A stretch of DNA of 64,000 nucleotides from an uncultured Verrucomicrobiae bacterium (GTDB lineage Bacteria > Verrucomicrobiota > Verrucomicrobiia > Chthoniobacterales > JAFAMB01), in NCBI GenBank assembly GCA_963837955.1, contig CAWIPH010000001.1:224001-288000 (forward strand), given 5' to 3'. Under the pieces are notes generated by a model that was given only the letters and a program-made list of their open reading frames with translations, was not told the origin of the DNA and did not search any database. Position numbers and translations under genes: made by a program. Positions 1 to 8,335 of this stretch are shown piece after piece. Positions within the stretch are counted from its first letter, which is position 1, and each line of letters begins with the position of its first letter.

Positions 1-848
1 TCCAGACTTACCATAACGCGCTGAGCATTGAGCTTTTTTTGCGAATCGCGCCCGAACTCTATTTGAAACGGCTCCTCGTTGGGGGTTTTCCGAAAGTATT
101 CGAGATGAATCGAAACTTTCGCAACGAGGGGATCTCGCGGCGCCACAATCCCGAATTCACGATGTTGGAGATTTATTGGGCTTACGCCGATTTTCAAAAG
201 ATAGCTGAACTAGTGGAAGAGCTGATCTGCCAGGTTGCAGAAACGGTAGTCGGCACATTGAACATTGAGCATCGGGATAGTGACGGAGCGGTCAGACGCA
301 GCATTAATCTGCAACGACCTTGGCGGCGGGCTCGTTACGCCGATCTGATCCGGGCAATCGATGCCGGTTGGTTCGAACGCTCACGCGCAGCAAAGATCGC
401 TTTATGCCAGGAGCTTGGCGTCGAGATCCAACCCTCCATGCAAGAGTTTGAAATCACTCAGCAGGTGTTCGAAAAATTAATCGAAGAGAAAACGATCGAC
501 CCGCTTTTTGTAACTCATCTTCCGACCGAACTGGTGCCGCTGGCGAAACAGAATTCCGCAAACTCCGCCGAAGTCGACGTTTACGAATTAATCATTAACG
601 GTCAGGAGATCGCCCCGGGTTACTCCGAGCTCAACAATCCGATGGTTCAACGCGAACGATTGGTCGAACAAGCCGGCGAAGAGACTCAGAAGCTGGATGA
701 AGACTTTCTGTTGGCGCTGGAGTATGGAATGCCGCCGGCCGGAGGGGTTGGAGTCGGCATAGACAGGCTAATGATGTTGTTGACCGGCGCGGAGTCTATC
801 CGAGACGTCATTCTTTTTCCGCATTTGAAACCGAAGAGCCAGGAATGA
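1..848 (+). CDS. lysS: Lysyl-tRNA synthetase (class II), 5'-truncated by window edge
   Basis: Open frame from base 3: TYHNAL..LRIAPELYLKRL, FRNEGISRRHNPEFTMLE (motif 2), YGMPPAGGVGVGIDRL..IRDVILFP (motif 3). Confidence 0.97.
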   Translation, partial: QTYHNALSIELFLRIAPELYLKRLLVGGFPKVFEMNRNFRNEGISRRHNPEFTMLEIYWAYADFQKIAELVEELICQVAETVVGTLNIEHRDSDGAVRRSINLQRPWRRARYADLIRAIDAGWFERSRAAKIALCQELGVEIQPSMQEFEITQQVFEKLIEEKTIDPLFVTHLPTELVPLAKQNSANSAEVDVYELIINGQEIAPGYSELNNPMVQRERLVEQAGEETQKLDEDFLLALEYGMPPAGGVGVGIDRLMMLLTGAESIRDVILFPHLKPKSQE

Positions 849-2194
849 GCGCCCCCGCAGTTACGGGCGAGGAATTCGCACGGGAGGCAAGGAACGCAAA
901 TCAGTTCAGCCTCTACAACCAACTCAATTTCCAGATCACACTTGGGGCTCCCATGATCCTGTATGCCAAGTCGCTGGGGGCCAGTTCTACGACGATCGGG
1001 ATCGTGGCCGCGCTTGCCCCCTTATTAACCGTTCTGCAATTGCCAACGGCCTATTTTATTCCAAAAATCGGCTACAAGCGCTTCGTGCTTTTGGGATGGC
1101 TATCGCGCACGATCATTGTATTCAGCCTGGCTTTGCTTCCCTTGGTCACCGCGCTCGATCCGGGCACAAAAACCAGCCTGATGTTGATGTGCCTTTTTCT
1201 CTTCAACGTATTGCGAGGCGTTTCGACCGGCGCTTGGCTTCCCTGGTTGACTTCGTTGATCCCGGAGAGCGCTCGAGGCGCCTTCCTGCGCCGGGACCAG
1301 ACCTTCATGCAGATCGGCGGCGTGGTTGCCATGGCGCTCTCAACGTTTGTGCTGTGGAGCAACGCACGCGCCGTGCATTTTTCGTTTTTATTCCTGCTGA
1401 GCGCTTGTGCTGCAACGGTGAGCCTGGTCTTCATCCGGCGCGTACCGGATGTGCCGATCGACGATCAGATCCGCTCTTCCGGTCAGCCGGTGCCCTGGCT
1501 CCAAATCCTCCAGCACCCTCCGTTTAGCAGGCTGCTGCTCTTTAATGTCGTCTACAACTGGGTCGTCGGAGGGCTGGCTGCCTTTGCTATCGGCTTTCTC
1601 CAGAGTCGGGCAGGCTTCAGCGACGGAGCGATTCTCGCTTGCAGCCTCCTCTCTTTTGTGGGGGCATCGGTGAGTGTGTCCAGCTTCGGTGAACTGCTGA
1701 ACCAAACCGGAAGCAAACCGATCTTGCGGATCGCGATTGTCTGTTACCTTTGGGCGGTAATCTGCTGGGTTCTGGTATCCAGCAATCTCCTAACCACCTC
1801 AAAATCAATCGTAGCCATCATCTATTTCATCCTCGGCATAGCCGGCGGACTTTTCTCAATTGCGAATACTCGAATTGCCATGGACACAATGCCGGTCATG
1901 GGCCGCAACCATTTCTTTTCTTTGTTCACGGTCTTTTCCTCCCTCAGTCTTGGACTGGCGCCGATCGGTTGGGGCATATTTCTTGACCTGCTGGCAAACT
2001 TTAAAACGAGAATCGGCGTTTTTGAGGTCAATCGTTACAGCCTTTATTTCTCGCTCTTAGTCATTCTGGTTATTGTCACCTTTGTTTTGGCGAATCCTTT
2101 GGTCGAAAAGAAAGGCCAGCCATTTTCACTTGCTCTTCGCGATGCCGTGATCTACTCGCGTCTGCGACTGTTTACTCGGTTTCTTAACCGGTGA
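845..2194 (+). CDS. MFS transporter
   Basis: 449 aa, about 12 hydrophobic segments in two halves; ATGA overlap with lysS stop. Confidence 0.8.
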   Translation: MSAPAVTGEEFAREARNANQFSLYNQLNFQITLGAPMILYAKSLGASSTTIGIVAALAPLLTVLQLPTAYFIPKIGYKRFVLLGWLSRTIIVFSLALLPLVTALDPGTKTSLMLMCLFLFNVLRGVSTGAWLPWLTSLIPESARGAFLRRDQTFMQIGGVVAMALSTFVLWSNARAVHFSFLFLLSACAATVSLVFIRRVPDVPIDDQIRSSGQPVPWLQILQHPPFSRLLLFNVVYNWVVGGLAAFAIGFLQSRAGFSDGAILACSLLSFVGASVSVSSFGELLNQTGSKPILRIAIVCYLWAVICWVLVSSNLLTTSKSIVAIIYFILGIAGGLFSIANTRIAMDTMPVMGRNHFFSLFTVFSSLSLGLAPIGWGIFLDLLANFKTRIGVFEVNRYSLYFSLLVILVIVTFVLANPLVEKKGQPFSLALRDAVIYSRLRLFTRFLNR

Positions 2195-2241
2195 GCAGGA
2201 TCCTGTCGCGCGAATGAATACGACGAACATTTTCATCCATC

Positions 2242-3576
2242 GTGCCTAAGAGAATCCGGCTTCCTTTCAGCTACTTTATCGCGCTTCGCTATCTTAGACC
2301 GAAACGCACGTTCCTTTCGCTGATCACTTTGATCTCGATTACCGGAGTTGTGCTTGGGATCGCAGTTCTGATTGTTGTTATTTCCGTTTTCACCGGATTC
2401 GAAAGAGAGATCGAAGCGAAAATCATCGGTTTCGACGCGACGATGGTAGTAAATGCAAACGGATCGGGACCGGACAGCGGCTTTATTACAAATTGGCGCG
2501 AGCTGCTCAAAACCGTCGAAAAAGTTCCAGGAGTGGTGGCAGCAGCTCCCATGATGCAGGGACGTGTTATCGTCGAGTCACACGCCCAAAACGGGCTGAA
2601 TTATCGAATGACACCGTGGATTCGTGGGATCGAACCCAGTCTCGCCAACAAGGTCGCTAATTTCGAATCGATGATCGTCGACGGTAAGATGGATCTAGAT
2701 GGTGACACTTGCGTCGTCGGATCCGATGTCGCCGCTAACCTGCAAGTCTCCGTAGGTGACACGATCACAATCTATTCACCAGGAAACAATCTGAAGAACA
2801 TTCTCGATTTACTGCGCGAGGTACAAAGCGACCCGAGTAAGAAGGAAAACGTGCAGAAAGCGATCGATTTACTGCTTCCGACCGAGCTGACCGTGACCGG
2901 GATCTTCAGCTCCGGCCGCTACCTGTACGATTCCGATTATGTGCTGGTTCCGCTCCATATCGGGCAGGAGCTTTATCAGCTTGGAGACTCGGTGCATTTT
3001 ATTGGGATCAAAACGACCGATCCCTTCGCGGTTGCCCAGGTGAAAGAGCATCTCAGCAGTCTGCTTAAGCCGCCTTTGCAGGCGACGACTTGGATCGACC
3101 AAAACAAAGATTATCTGGACGCCATCCGCGTGGAGCGGACGACAATGTTTTTTGTTCTCCTTTTCATCGTAGTCGTGGCGGCTTTCGGCATCATGAGCAC
3201 TCTGATAACGACGACCGTGCAGAAGACCCGAGACATCGGTGTGATGAAGGCTCTGGGAGCCAAGGTAAGTCAGATCCTCTGGATTTTTCTGGCTCAGGGA
3301 ATGATTACCGGTTTCTTCGGCACTTTGATTGGGCTCGGTACCGGTGTACTGGCGGTTCAGTACCGCAACCAATTGAGAGATCTCCTTTCCGCGACTTTTC
3401 ATATCCCTCTTTTTCCGGCGCAGGTGTACCAATTTTCGCAAATCCCCGCCGAGATCGTGCCAAGCGATGTCGCATTCATCTGCTGCAGCGGGTTCATCAT
3501 ATGCACCGTCGCGGCATTAGTCCCTGCCTACTTTGCGGCGCGGCTCGACCCGGTGAAAGCACTGCGGTTTGAGTGA
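2242..3576 (+). CDS. lolE: LolC/E-family (MacB/FtsX-type) ABC permease
   Basis: IALRYLRPKR..SLITLISITGVVLG N-terminus; K.RDIGVMKALGA and PAYFAARLDPVKALRFE C-terminus. Confidence 0.85.
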   Translation: MPKRIRLPFSYFIALRYLRPKRTFLSLITLISITGVVLGIAVLIVVISVFTGFEREIEAKIIGFDATMVVNANGSGPDSGFITNWRELLKTVEKVPGVVAAAPMMQGRVIVESHAQNGLNYRMTPWIRGIEPSLANKVANFESMIVDGKMDLDGDTCVVGSDVAANLQVSVGDTITIYSPGNNLKNILDLLREVQSDPSKKENVQKAIDLLLPTELTVTGIFSSGRYLYDSDYVLVPLHIGQELYQLGDSVHFIGIKTTDPFAVAQVKEHLSSLLKPPLQATTWIDQNKDYLDAIRVERTTMFFVLLFIVVVAAFGIMSTLITTTVQKTRDIGVMKALGAKVSQILWIFLAQGMITGFFGTLIGLGTGVLAVQYRNQLRDLLSATFHIPLFPAQVYQFSQIPAEIVPSDVAFICCSGFIICTVAALVPAYFAARLDPVKALRFE

Positions 3577-3741
3577 GAAGCGGTCCTTCGATTGAAACGG
3601 CCCTTCGGTCGAAGTGTACGTCCCGGGCGGCGCCTGCGCGTCAAAATAAGGTTCTTTGCCCGCAGGGGCTGGGAGGGCGCACAGCTTGTCCGACATAGCC
3701 TTTTGGATGGTTGTTGCAGAATGCTTGGGAGCGACGTCGGA

Positions 3742-3817
3742 TCCTCGTGCGCCGCGGATCGCGAGGACGCGATCCCTCCCCAGCCCGGGGTTTTAACCGG
3801 GTTTTAACCCCGGGGTC
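3742..3817. repeat. Dispersed REP-like hairpin (family A: gtgcgccgcggatcgcgaggacgcgatccctccc) plus ccggggttttaacc..ggttttaaccccgg hairpin
   Basis: Near-identical core also at ~40289, ~40519, ~55208, ~60154; second hairpin also at 60187-60215. Confidence 0.85.
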
Positions 3818-3876
3818 TATTTGCCATGGCGTGCGCTTCTAGGCGTGACGGTTTTCATTTAGTGTGAGAGAGTTAA

Positions 3877-4263
3877 GTGGACCTTCGCCAGATGATTAGC
3901 GACTGGGAGAGCTTCGTGCAGAGCCATTCCGACGAAATTTCGGAGGAACTTGACCTACATTCTGTGCGTCCTGGCGATACGCTCCGCATTGTGACAGATC
4001 ATACTGACTATGTTTTTGATATCCTGGAGGGGCCAGAGGCGGAGTTGCATTGTTCCCGTCCAGATCGCCCGACAGGTCGCGTCCGCATCTCAGGGTGCGG
4101 CTTCGCGTTTTCCACTACCTTTAAGCCCGGTCGCTTGTTCTGCGGGGGCCGATTGGAATTTACTTTTTTTCGTGATGCCGAACCGGCTCGCTTTCGAACT
4201 ACATCAATCAATGCGATCTTTCATAGCCATCAAAATGAGCAAATTGCTCGCATGATGGTCTAA
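3877..4263 (+). CDS. Hypothetical protein
   Basis: 128 aa ORF filling the gap, GTG start, globular composition, co-oriented with next gene. Confidence 0.7.
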   Translation: MDLRQMISDWESFVQSHSDEISEELDLHSVRPGDTLRIVTDHTDYVFDILEGPEAELHCSRPDRPTGRVRISGCGFAFSTTFKPGRLFCGGRLEFTFFRDAEPARFRTTSINAIFHSHQNEQIARMMV

Positions 4264-4301
4264 GCAAAACATGCTTTCGCGGGTAAAATGCGAGAGGGGC
4301 T

Positions 4302-5141
4302 ATGACAAGACGGGAATTTTTGAAGATAGCTCGCAATGCTGCCGTTGGATCGGCTCTTGCGGGGGGATTAACAACTGCTGGCTACGCGACAATTTTCGAG
4401 CCGAATCGGCTTAAGATCACTCAGATCCGCATAAAGATTAGCGAGCTGCCCTCGCGCTTAGAAGGCTTGCGCATCGTTTTGATGACCGACTTTCATCTCT
4501 TTCCGTTTACGTCTGTCGAGCTCATCCGACAATCGATTCTTCAGGCCAGCGCGCTAAATCCGGATCTCGTCCTGTTCGCCGGCGACTTTGTGTACTCCAA
4601 CGCGGAATCCGCTTCGGAGCTTTCCCCGATCCTGGCCCAATTGAATCCGAAACTCGGTTCGTTTGCCGTCCTCGGGAATCACGATCATTCGAAAGGGGCA
4701 ACGATCGTTCGGAACGCCCTCAAGCGATCCGGAATCGAGGTACTAAACAATCGAGGTGTGGCGCTGTCCGTCGGGTCGAGCAGTTTCTATTTGGCGGGGG
4801 TCGATTCGATGCTAGGGGGCGCCCCCGATGCAGCTGCGGCATTTGCTTCCTACCGGGGCGAGGCGACTACTATTCTTTTGGCGCATGAGCCGGACACCGT
4901 CGATTACTATTCAGGCCTGGTCCCCATCGATCTGCAGCTCTCGGGCCATTCCCACGGCGGCCAAATCCGGCTACCGGGTATCGGTCCGGTCATCTTGCCC
5001 AGGTGGGCTACCCGGTATCCGCGAGGGCTATACCGAGTCAAAGATGCTCAACTGTTTACCAGCCAAGGAATCGGCATGGTAGATCTTCCCGTTCGGATAA
5101 ATTGCCCTCCCGAAATTGCGGAAATCACGCTGACGTGCTGA
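4302..5141 (+). CDS. Calcineurin-like metallophosphoesterase (YkuE/YaeI-like) with Tat signal
   Basis: TRREFLK; motifs TDFH, GDFV, GNHDH, LAHEPD, SGHSHGGQ. Confidence 0.92.
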   Translation: MTRREFLKIARNAAVGSALAGGLTTAGYATIFEPNRLKITQIRIKISELPSRLEGLRIVLMTDFHLFPFTSVELIRQSILQASALNPDLVLFAGDFVYSNAESASELSPILAQLNPKLGSFAVLGNHDHSKGATIVRNALKRSGIEVLNNRGVALSVGSSSFYLAGVDSMLGGAPDAAAAFASYRGEATTILLAHEPDTVDYYSGLVPIDLQLSGHSHGGQIRLPGIGPVILPRWATRYPRGLYRVKDAQLFTSQGIGMVDLPVRINCPPEIAEITLTC

Positions 5142-5161
5142 GGCTGGTGGCGATGCTCCGT

Positions 5162-5240
5162 AAGATTGGCACGGCGAAAGCAGAGAACGGCTCAAGCCGG
5201 TGCGGCTGATACCGCGCCAAGCTTTCGCCCTACCAATCTT
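5162..5240. repeat. Short derivative of family B element (GTAG-type terminal inverted repeat)
   Basis: aagattggcacggcgaaagc / gctttcgccctaccaatctt inverted (2 mismatches); contains aacggctcaagcc as in the 40.1 kb array. Confidence 0.75.
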
Positions 5241-5301
5241 GGGCGTGTTTCGGCCTGGCTATCTCCCATTTGTCATCTGTCATTTGTCATCTGCATTCGC
5301 C

Positions 5302-7518
5302 TCAAAGCAGATGATACGGATCGACATCTACCGTAACCTGCACATCGTCGGGCATGGTCAATCGTTGCAAGACTTGCCTGATAAACGCTGACAGACGTTT
5401 CGCATTGCGCGTCCGCAAGAGAATTTGAAAACGATAATAGCTCTTCGTCCGCTCAATGGGTGCCGGAACGGCTGGATGCAATTTAGTCGTATTGTCCAAT
5501 TGTTCTTCCAGTCGACGATGAACAGTCTGCGCAGTGAACTCGGCCAGGCGCTGATGTTTGGAACGGACTTGCACCAAAATCAGGTGAAGGTAAGGCGGGT
5601 ATTCGCAACGTTCTCGAAACTCGCTCTCCTGCTCCCAAAAACCGTCAAAGTCATGATGCCGCGCAAATTGGATTGAAGGACTAAATGGAGTCGAGGTCTG
5701 CACGAAAACCTCCCCTTTGACCTCGCCTCTCCCCGCCCGCCCAGCGACTTGGGTCAGCAACTGAAAAGTACGCTCACCCGCACGAAAATCCGGTAAGTGT
5801 AAGCCGATGTCGGCATTGATAATACCGACCAACGTAACGTTGGGGAAATCGAGGCCTTTTGCGATCATCTGCGTGCCGATCAGAATATCGATTTGGCCAC
5901 TCCGAAAGGCACGCAGGGTTTGACGATAGGCATCTTTGCGTCCCATGGTGTCCGAATCCATGCGCCCTAGGCGAGCTTGCGGAAAGAGCTTCTTTACGAT
6001 GCCTTCGACTTTCTCCGTACCGAAACCGGCGTAACGGATACCTGGATCTGAACACTCGGGACACTTCTTCGGCGCAAGACCGACGTGACCGCATAAATGG
6101 CACTTTAAGCGCTGTTCGGCTAAATGAAGGGTGAGCGGAATACTGCAATTCGGGCATTCGCAGACGTAACCGCACTTGGCACAAACCAGTGACGAGGCGA
6201 AGCCGCGACGGTTGAGGAACAGAATGGTCTGCTCTCCGCGCTGGAGCCGCTCTTCGACGGCCAAACCTAATGTACGGGAGATAATTGGATGATGCTTAAC
6301 TTTGGCAAATTCCTGGCGGAGGTCGACAATCCGGATCAGCGGCATCCGGCGATCGTCAACTCGCCCGGTCAGCCGAAGCAGCTGGTATTTGCCGATCCGG
6401 ACATTGTGAAAACTTTCCAGTGAAGGCGTGGCTGAACCTAGCACCACCGCACATTTTTCCATTTGGGCACGCACGACCGCGAGGTCACGCGCGTGGTAAC
6501 GAGGAGTCTCCTCTTGTTTGTATGACATCTCATGCTCTTCATCCACCACGATCAGCCCAAGTTGTTGAACAGGTGCAAATACCGCGCTTCTGGCTCCGAT
6601 TGCCACCCGAGCCGCTCCGCGATGTAGACGATGCCATTCGTCGTGTCGCTCACCGGCAGAGAGATGGCTGTGTAGCACCGCAACCAATTCTCTCGGAAAA
6701 CGCGCCTTAAACCTTTCCACGGTTTGAGGCGTAAGAGTTATCTCAGGCACCAAAACGAGCGCCCCACGTCCGAGATCGAGGCATTTTCGGATCGCCTGTA
6801 AGTAGATTTCGGTTTTTCCGCTCCCGGTCACTCCATGCAATAGAATCGGCTTTCGTTTTTCATCCTCCAACGCGGTAAGGACGACGCTCAAAGCGGCTGA
6901 TTGCCCGACGTTGAGATCTATGGGTTGGGTCGGAACATATTGATCGGCTGCGAAAGGATCACGTTCCTGGGCCTCAAAACGAACCTCTAACCAGCCTCGT
7001 TTCACCAATTGCTGAATCGTTCGGTCGGTTGTTTTCCCCTGTTCTAATAGATCGCTCCAGCGGATTGGCTCCGTTTGATTCAAGAGAAGCTGAAAGATTT
7101 CGGCTTGCCGCGGAGCTTTGGTAGTAAGCCGCTCCAGCTCGTCCGGTTCGGGCCGTCGCGCTACGAGCACCATTCGCGTCTTCTTAAAACCAAGGGCAGC
7201 GTGGCGAATGACCTGGGGCAAGGTCGCGCGAATGGCGGCTTCGAACGAGCAGCAGTAGTACTCCGACATCCATCGCGCCAGCCGAAGCAATTCCGGATTC
7301 AATATCGGTTTTTCCGAAATGAGCTGAGCGACGGCGCGCAGATTCGGTGCTTCCGTTTCGTCGAGTATTGCCGTCACGGTTGCCAGCACTTCGCGGTTTC
7401 GAAGCGGCACCTTTACTCTTGAACCCACATGGACCTTGCTTTTCCAAGCAGGGGGTATGAAATAGTCTAATTCCTTGTCGGTAGGGTCATCAGTAACGAC
7501 TCGCGCATACCGCTGTAT
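5302..7518 (-). CDS. priA: Primosomal protein N' (PriA helicase)
   Basis: GVTGSGKTE, DEEHE, GSATPS, CxxC zinc knuckles, GTQMIAKGLDFP, QVAGRAGR. Frame stays open above the called GTG (7428) to an ATA at 7518 (xQRYARVV..ELDY.IP). Confidence 0.95.
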   Translation of the reverse strand: MQRYARVVTDDPTDKELDYFIPPAWKSKVHVGSRVKVPLRNREVLATVTAILDETEAPNLRAVAQLISEKPILNPELLRLARWMSEYYCCSFEAAIRATLPQVIRHAALGFKKTRMVLVARRPEPDELERLTTKAPRQAEIFQLLLNQTEPIRWSDLLEQGKTTDRTIQQLVKRGWLEVRFEAQERDPFAADQYVPTQPIDLNVGQSAALSVVLTALEDEKRKPILLHGVTGSGKTEIYLQAIRKCLDLGRGALVLVPEITLTPQTVERFKARFPRELVAVLHSHLSAGERHDEWHRLHRGAARVAIGARSAVFAPVQQLGLIVVDEEHEMSYKQEETPRYHARDLAVVRAQMEKCAVVLGSATPSLESFHNVRIGKYQLLRLTGRVDDRRMPLIRIVDLRQEFAKVKHHPIISRTLGLAVEERLQRGEQTILFLNRRGFASSLVCAKCGYVCECPNCSIPLTLHLAEQRLKCHLCGHVGLAPKKCPECSDPGIRYAGFGTEKVEGIVKKLFPQARLGRMDSDTMGRKDAYRQTLRAFRSGQIDILIGTQMIAKGLDFPNVTLVGIINADIGLHLPDFRAGERTFQLLTQVAGRAGRGEVKGEVFVQTSTPFSPSIQFARHHDFDGFWEQESEFRERCEYPPYLHLILVQVRSKHQRLAEFTAQTVHRRLEEQLDNTTKLHPAVPAPIERTKSYYRFQILLRTRNAKRLSAFIRQVLQRLTMPDDVQVTVDVDPYHLL

Positions 7519-7539
7519 GATATTCTTAGTCGTAGTGTA

Positions 7540-8232
7540 ATGGTCTCCAAGTCAGAGCGAAATCAAAACGCGTTTGCCAGCATTCGAGCGGCGGCAAAAT
7601 TCGTTTTTCGGCTCGCCCTGGTGATCGTGTTATCGGGCTTGGCTGCGATATCCTACCTCATTGTTCGCTCCAAAGACCCTCTTTATGTGGTGCGCGAGAT
7701 CAAAGACTGGGGCGACTATCATCGGTTTGACGCTCTGATCACAAAAGTTGCCGCAGAACATAGGCTCGATCCGCGCCTAGTGAAAGCGGTGGTGTGGCGA
7801 GAAAGTCGGTTTCAAACCGATATGGTGGGCAAGAACGGCGAACGCGGTCTAATGCAAATCTCGGGCATCGCGGCTCGGGAATGGGCAACCGCCAACGCCA
7901 TCCCCAATTTTGAGCCTGACCAATTGTTCAATCCGGAAACGAACCTGGAGATTGGAGCTTGGACCTTAGGAAAGGCGATGCAGCACTGGAACAATCAAGA
8001 TGACGCCGTGCCGTTCGCTCTGGCGGAGTACAATGCTGGCCACAGCCGAGTGGATCGCTGGGTCCGGGTCGCATCGCAAAAAAGCCCGCAACTGAACGCC
8101 CAAATCTTTGAAGACAGCATCGATTTTCCTTCAACGGCGCACTACGTCCGAACGATCCTTGCCCGGTATGATTTCTACAAGCAGCGAGGACCGCTAGTGG
8201 CCACCGAGAGCAGTCCTGTGCTGCCGGAATAG
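7540..8232 (+). CDS. Lytic transglycosylase (SLT domain), membrane-anchored
   Basis: AVVWRES, GERGLMQI, NLEIGAW, ALAEYNAG motifs; N-terminal TM. Confidence 0.9.
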   Translation: MVSKSERNQNAFASIRAAAKFVFRLALVIVLSGLAAISYLIVRSKDPLYVVREIKDWGDYHRFDALITKVAAEHRLDPRLVKAVVWRESRFQTDMVGKNGERGLMQISGIAAREWATANAIPNFEPDQLFNPETNLEIGAWTLGKAMQHWNNQDDAVPFALAEYNAGHSRVDRWVRVASQKSPQLNAQIFEDSIDFPSTAHYVRTILARYDFYKQRGPLVATESSPVLPE

Positions 8233-8335
8233 GGGAGCGTCCGAGATTCACACCGTCTTTCCGGTTGACTGCGAGCCGCCAGCCATCCACGGTCGCGTCC
8301 ACGCGACCTTCCAGATTCTAACTCCTAGATTCTGA

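Noticed and set aside
5166..5182. Sigma54-like TTGGCACG-N4-AAGCA
   Set aside because: Lies in the arm of a repeat between convergent gene ends, with no gene to drive
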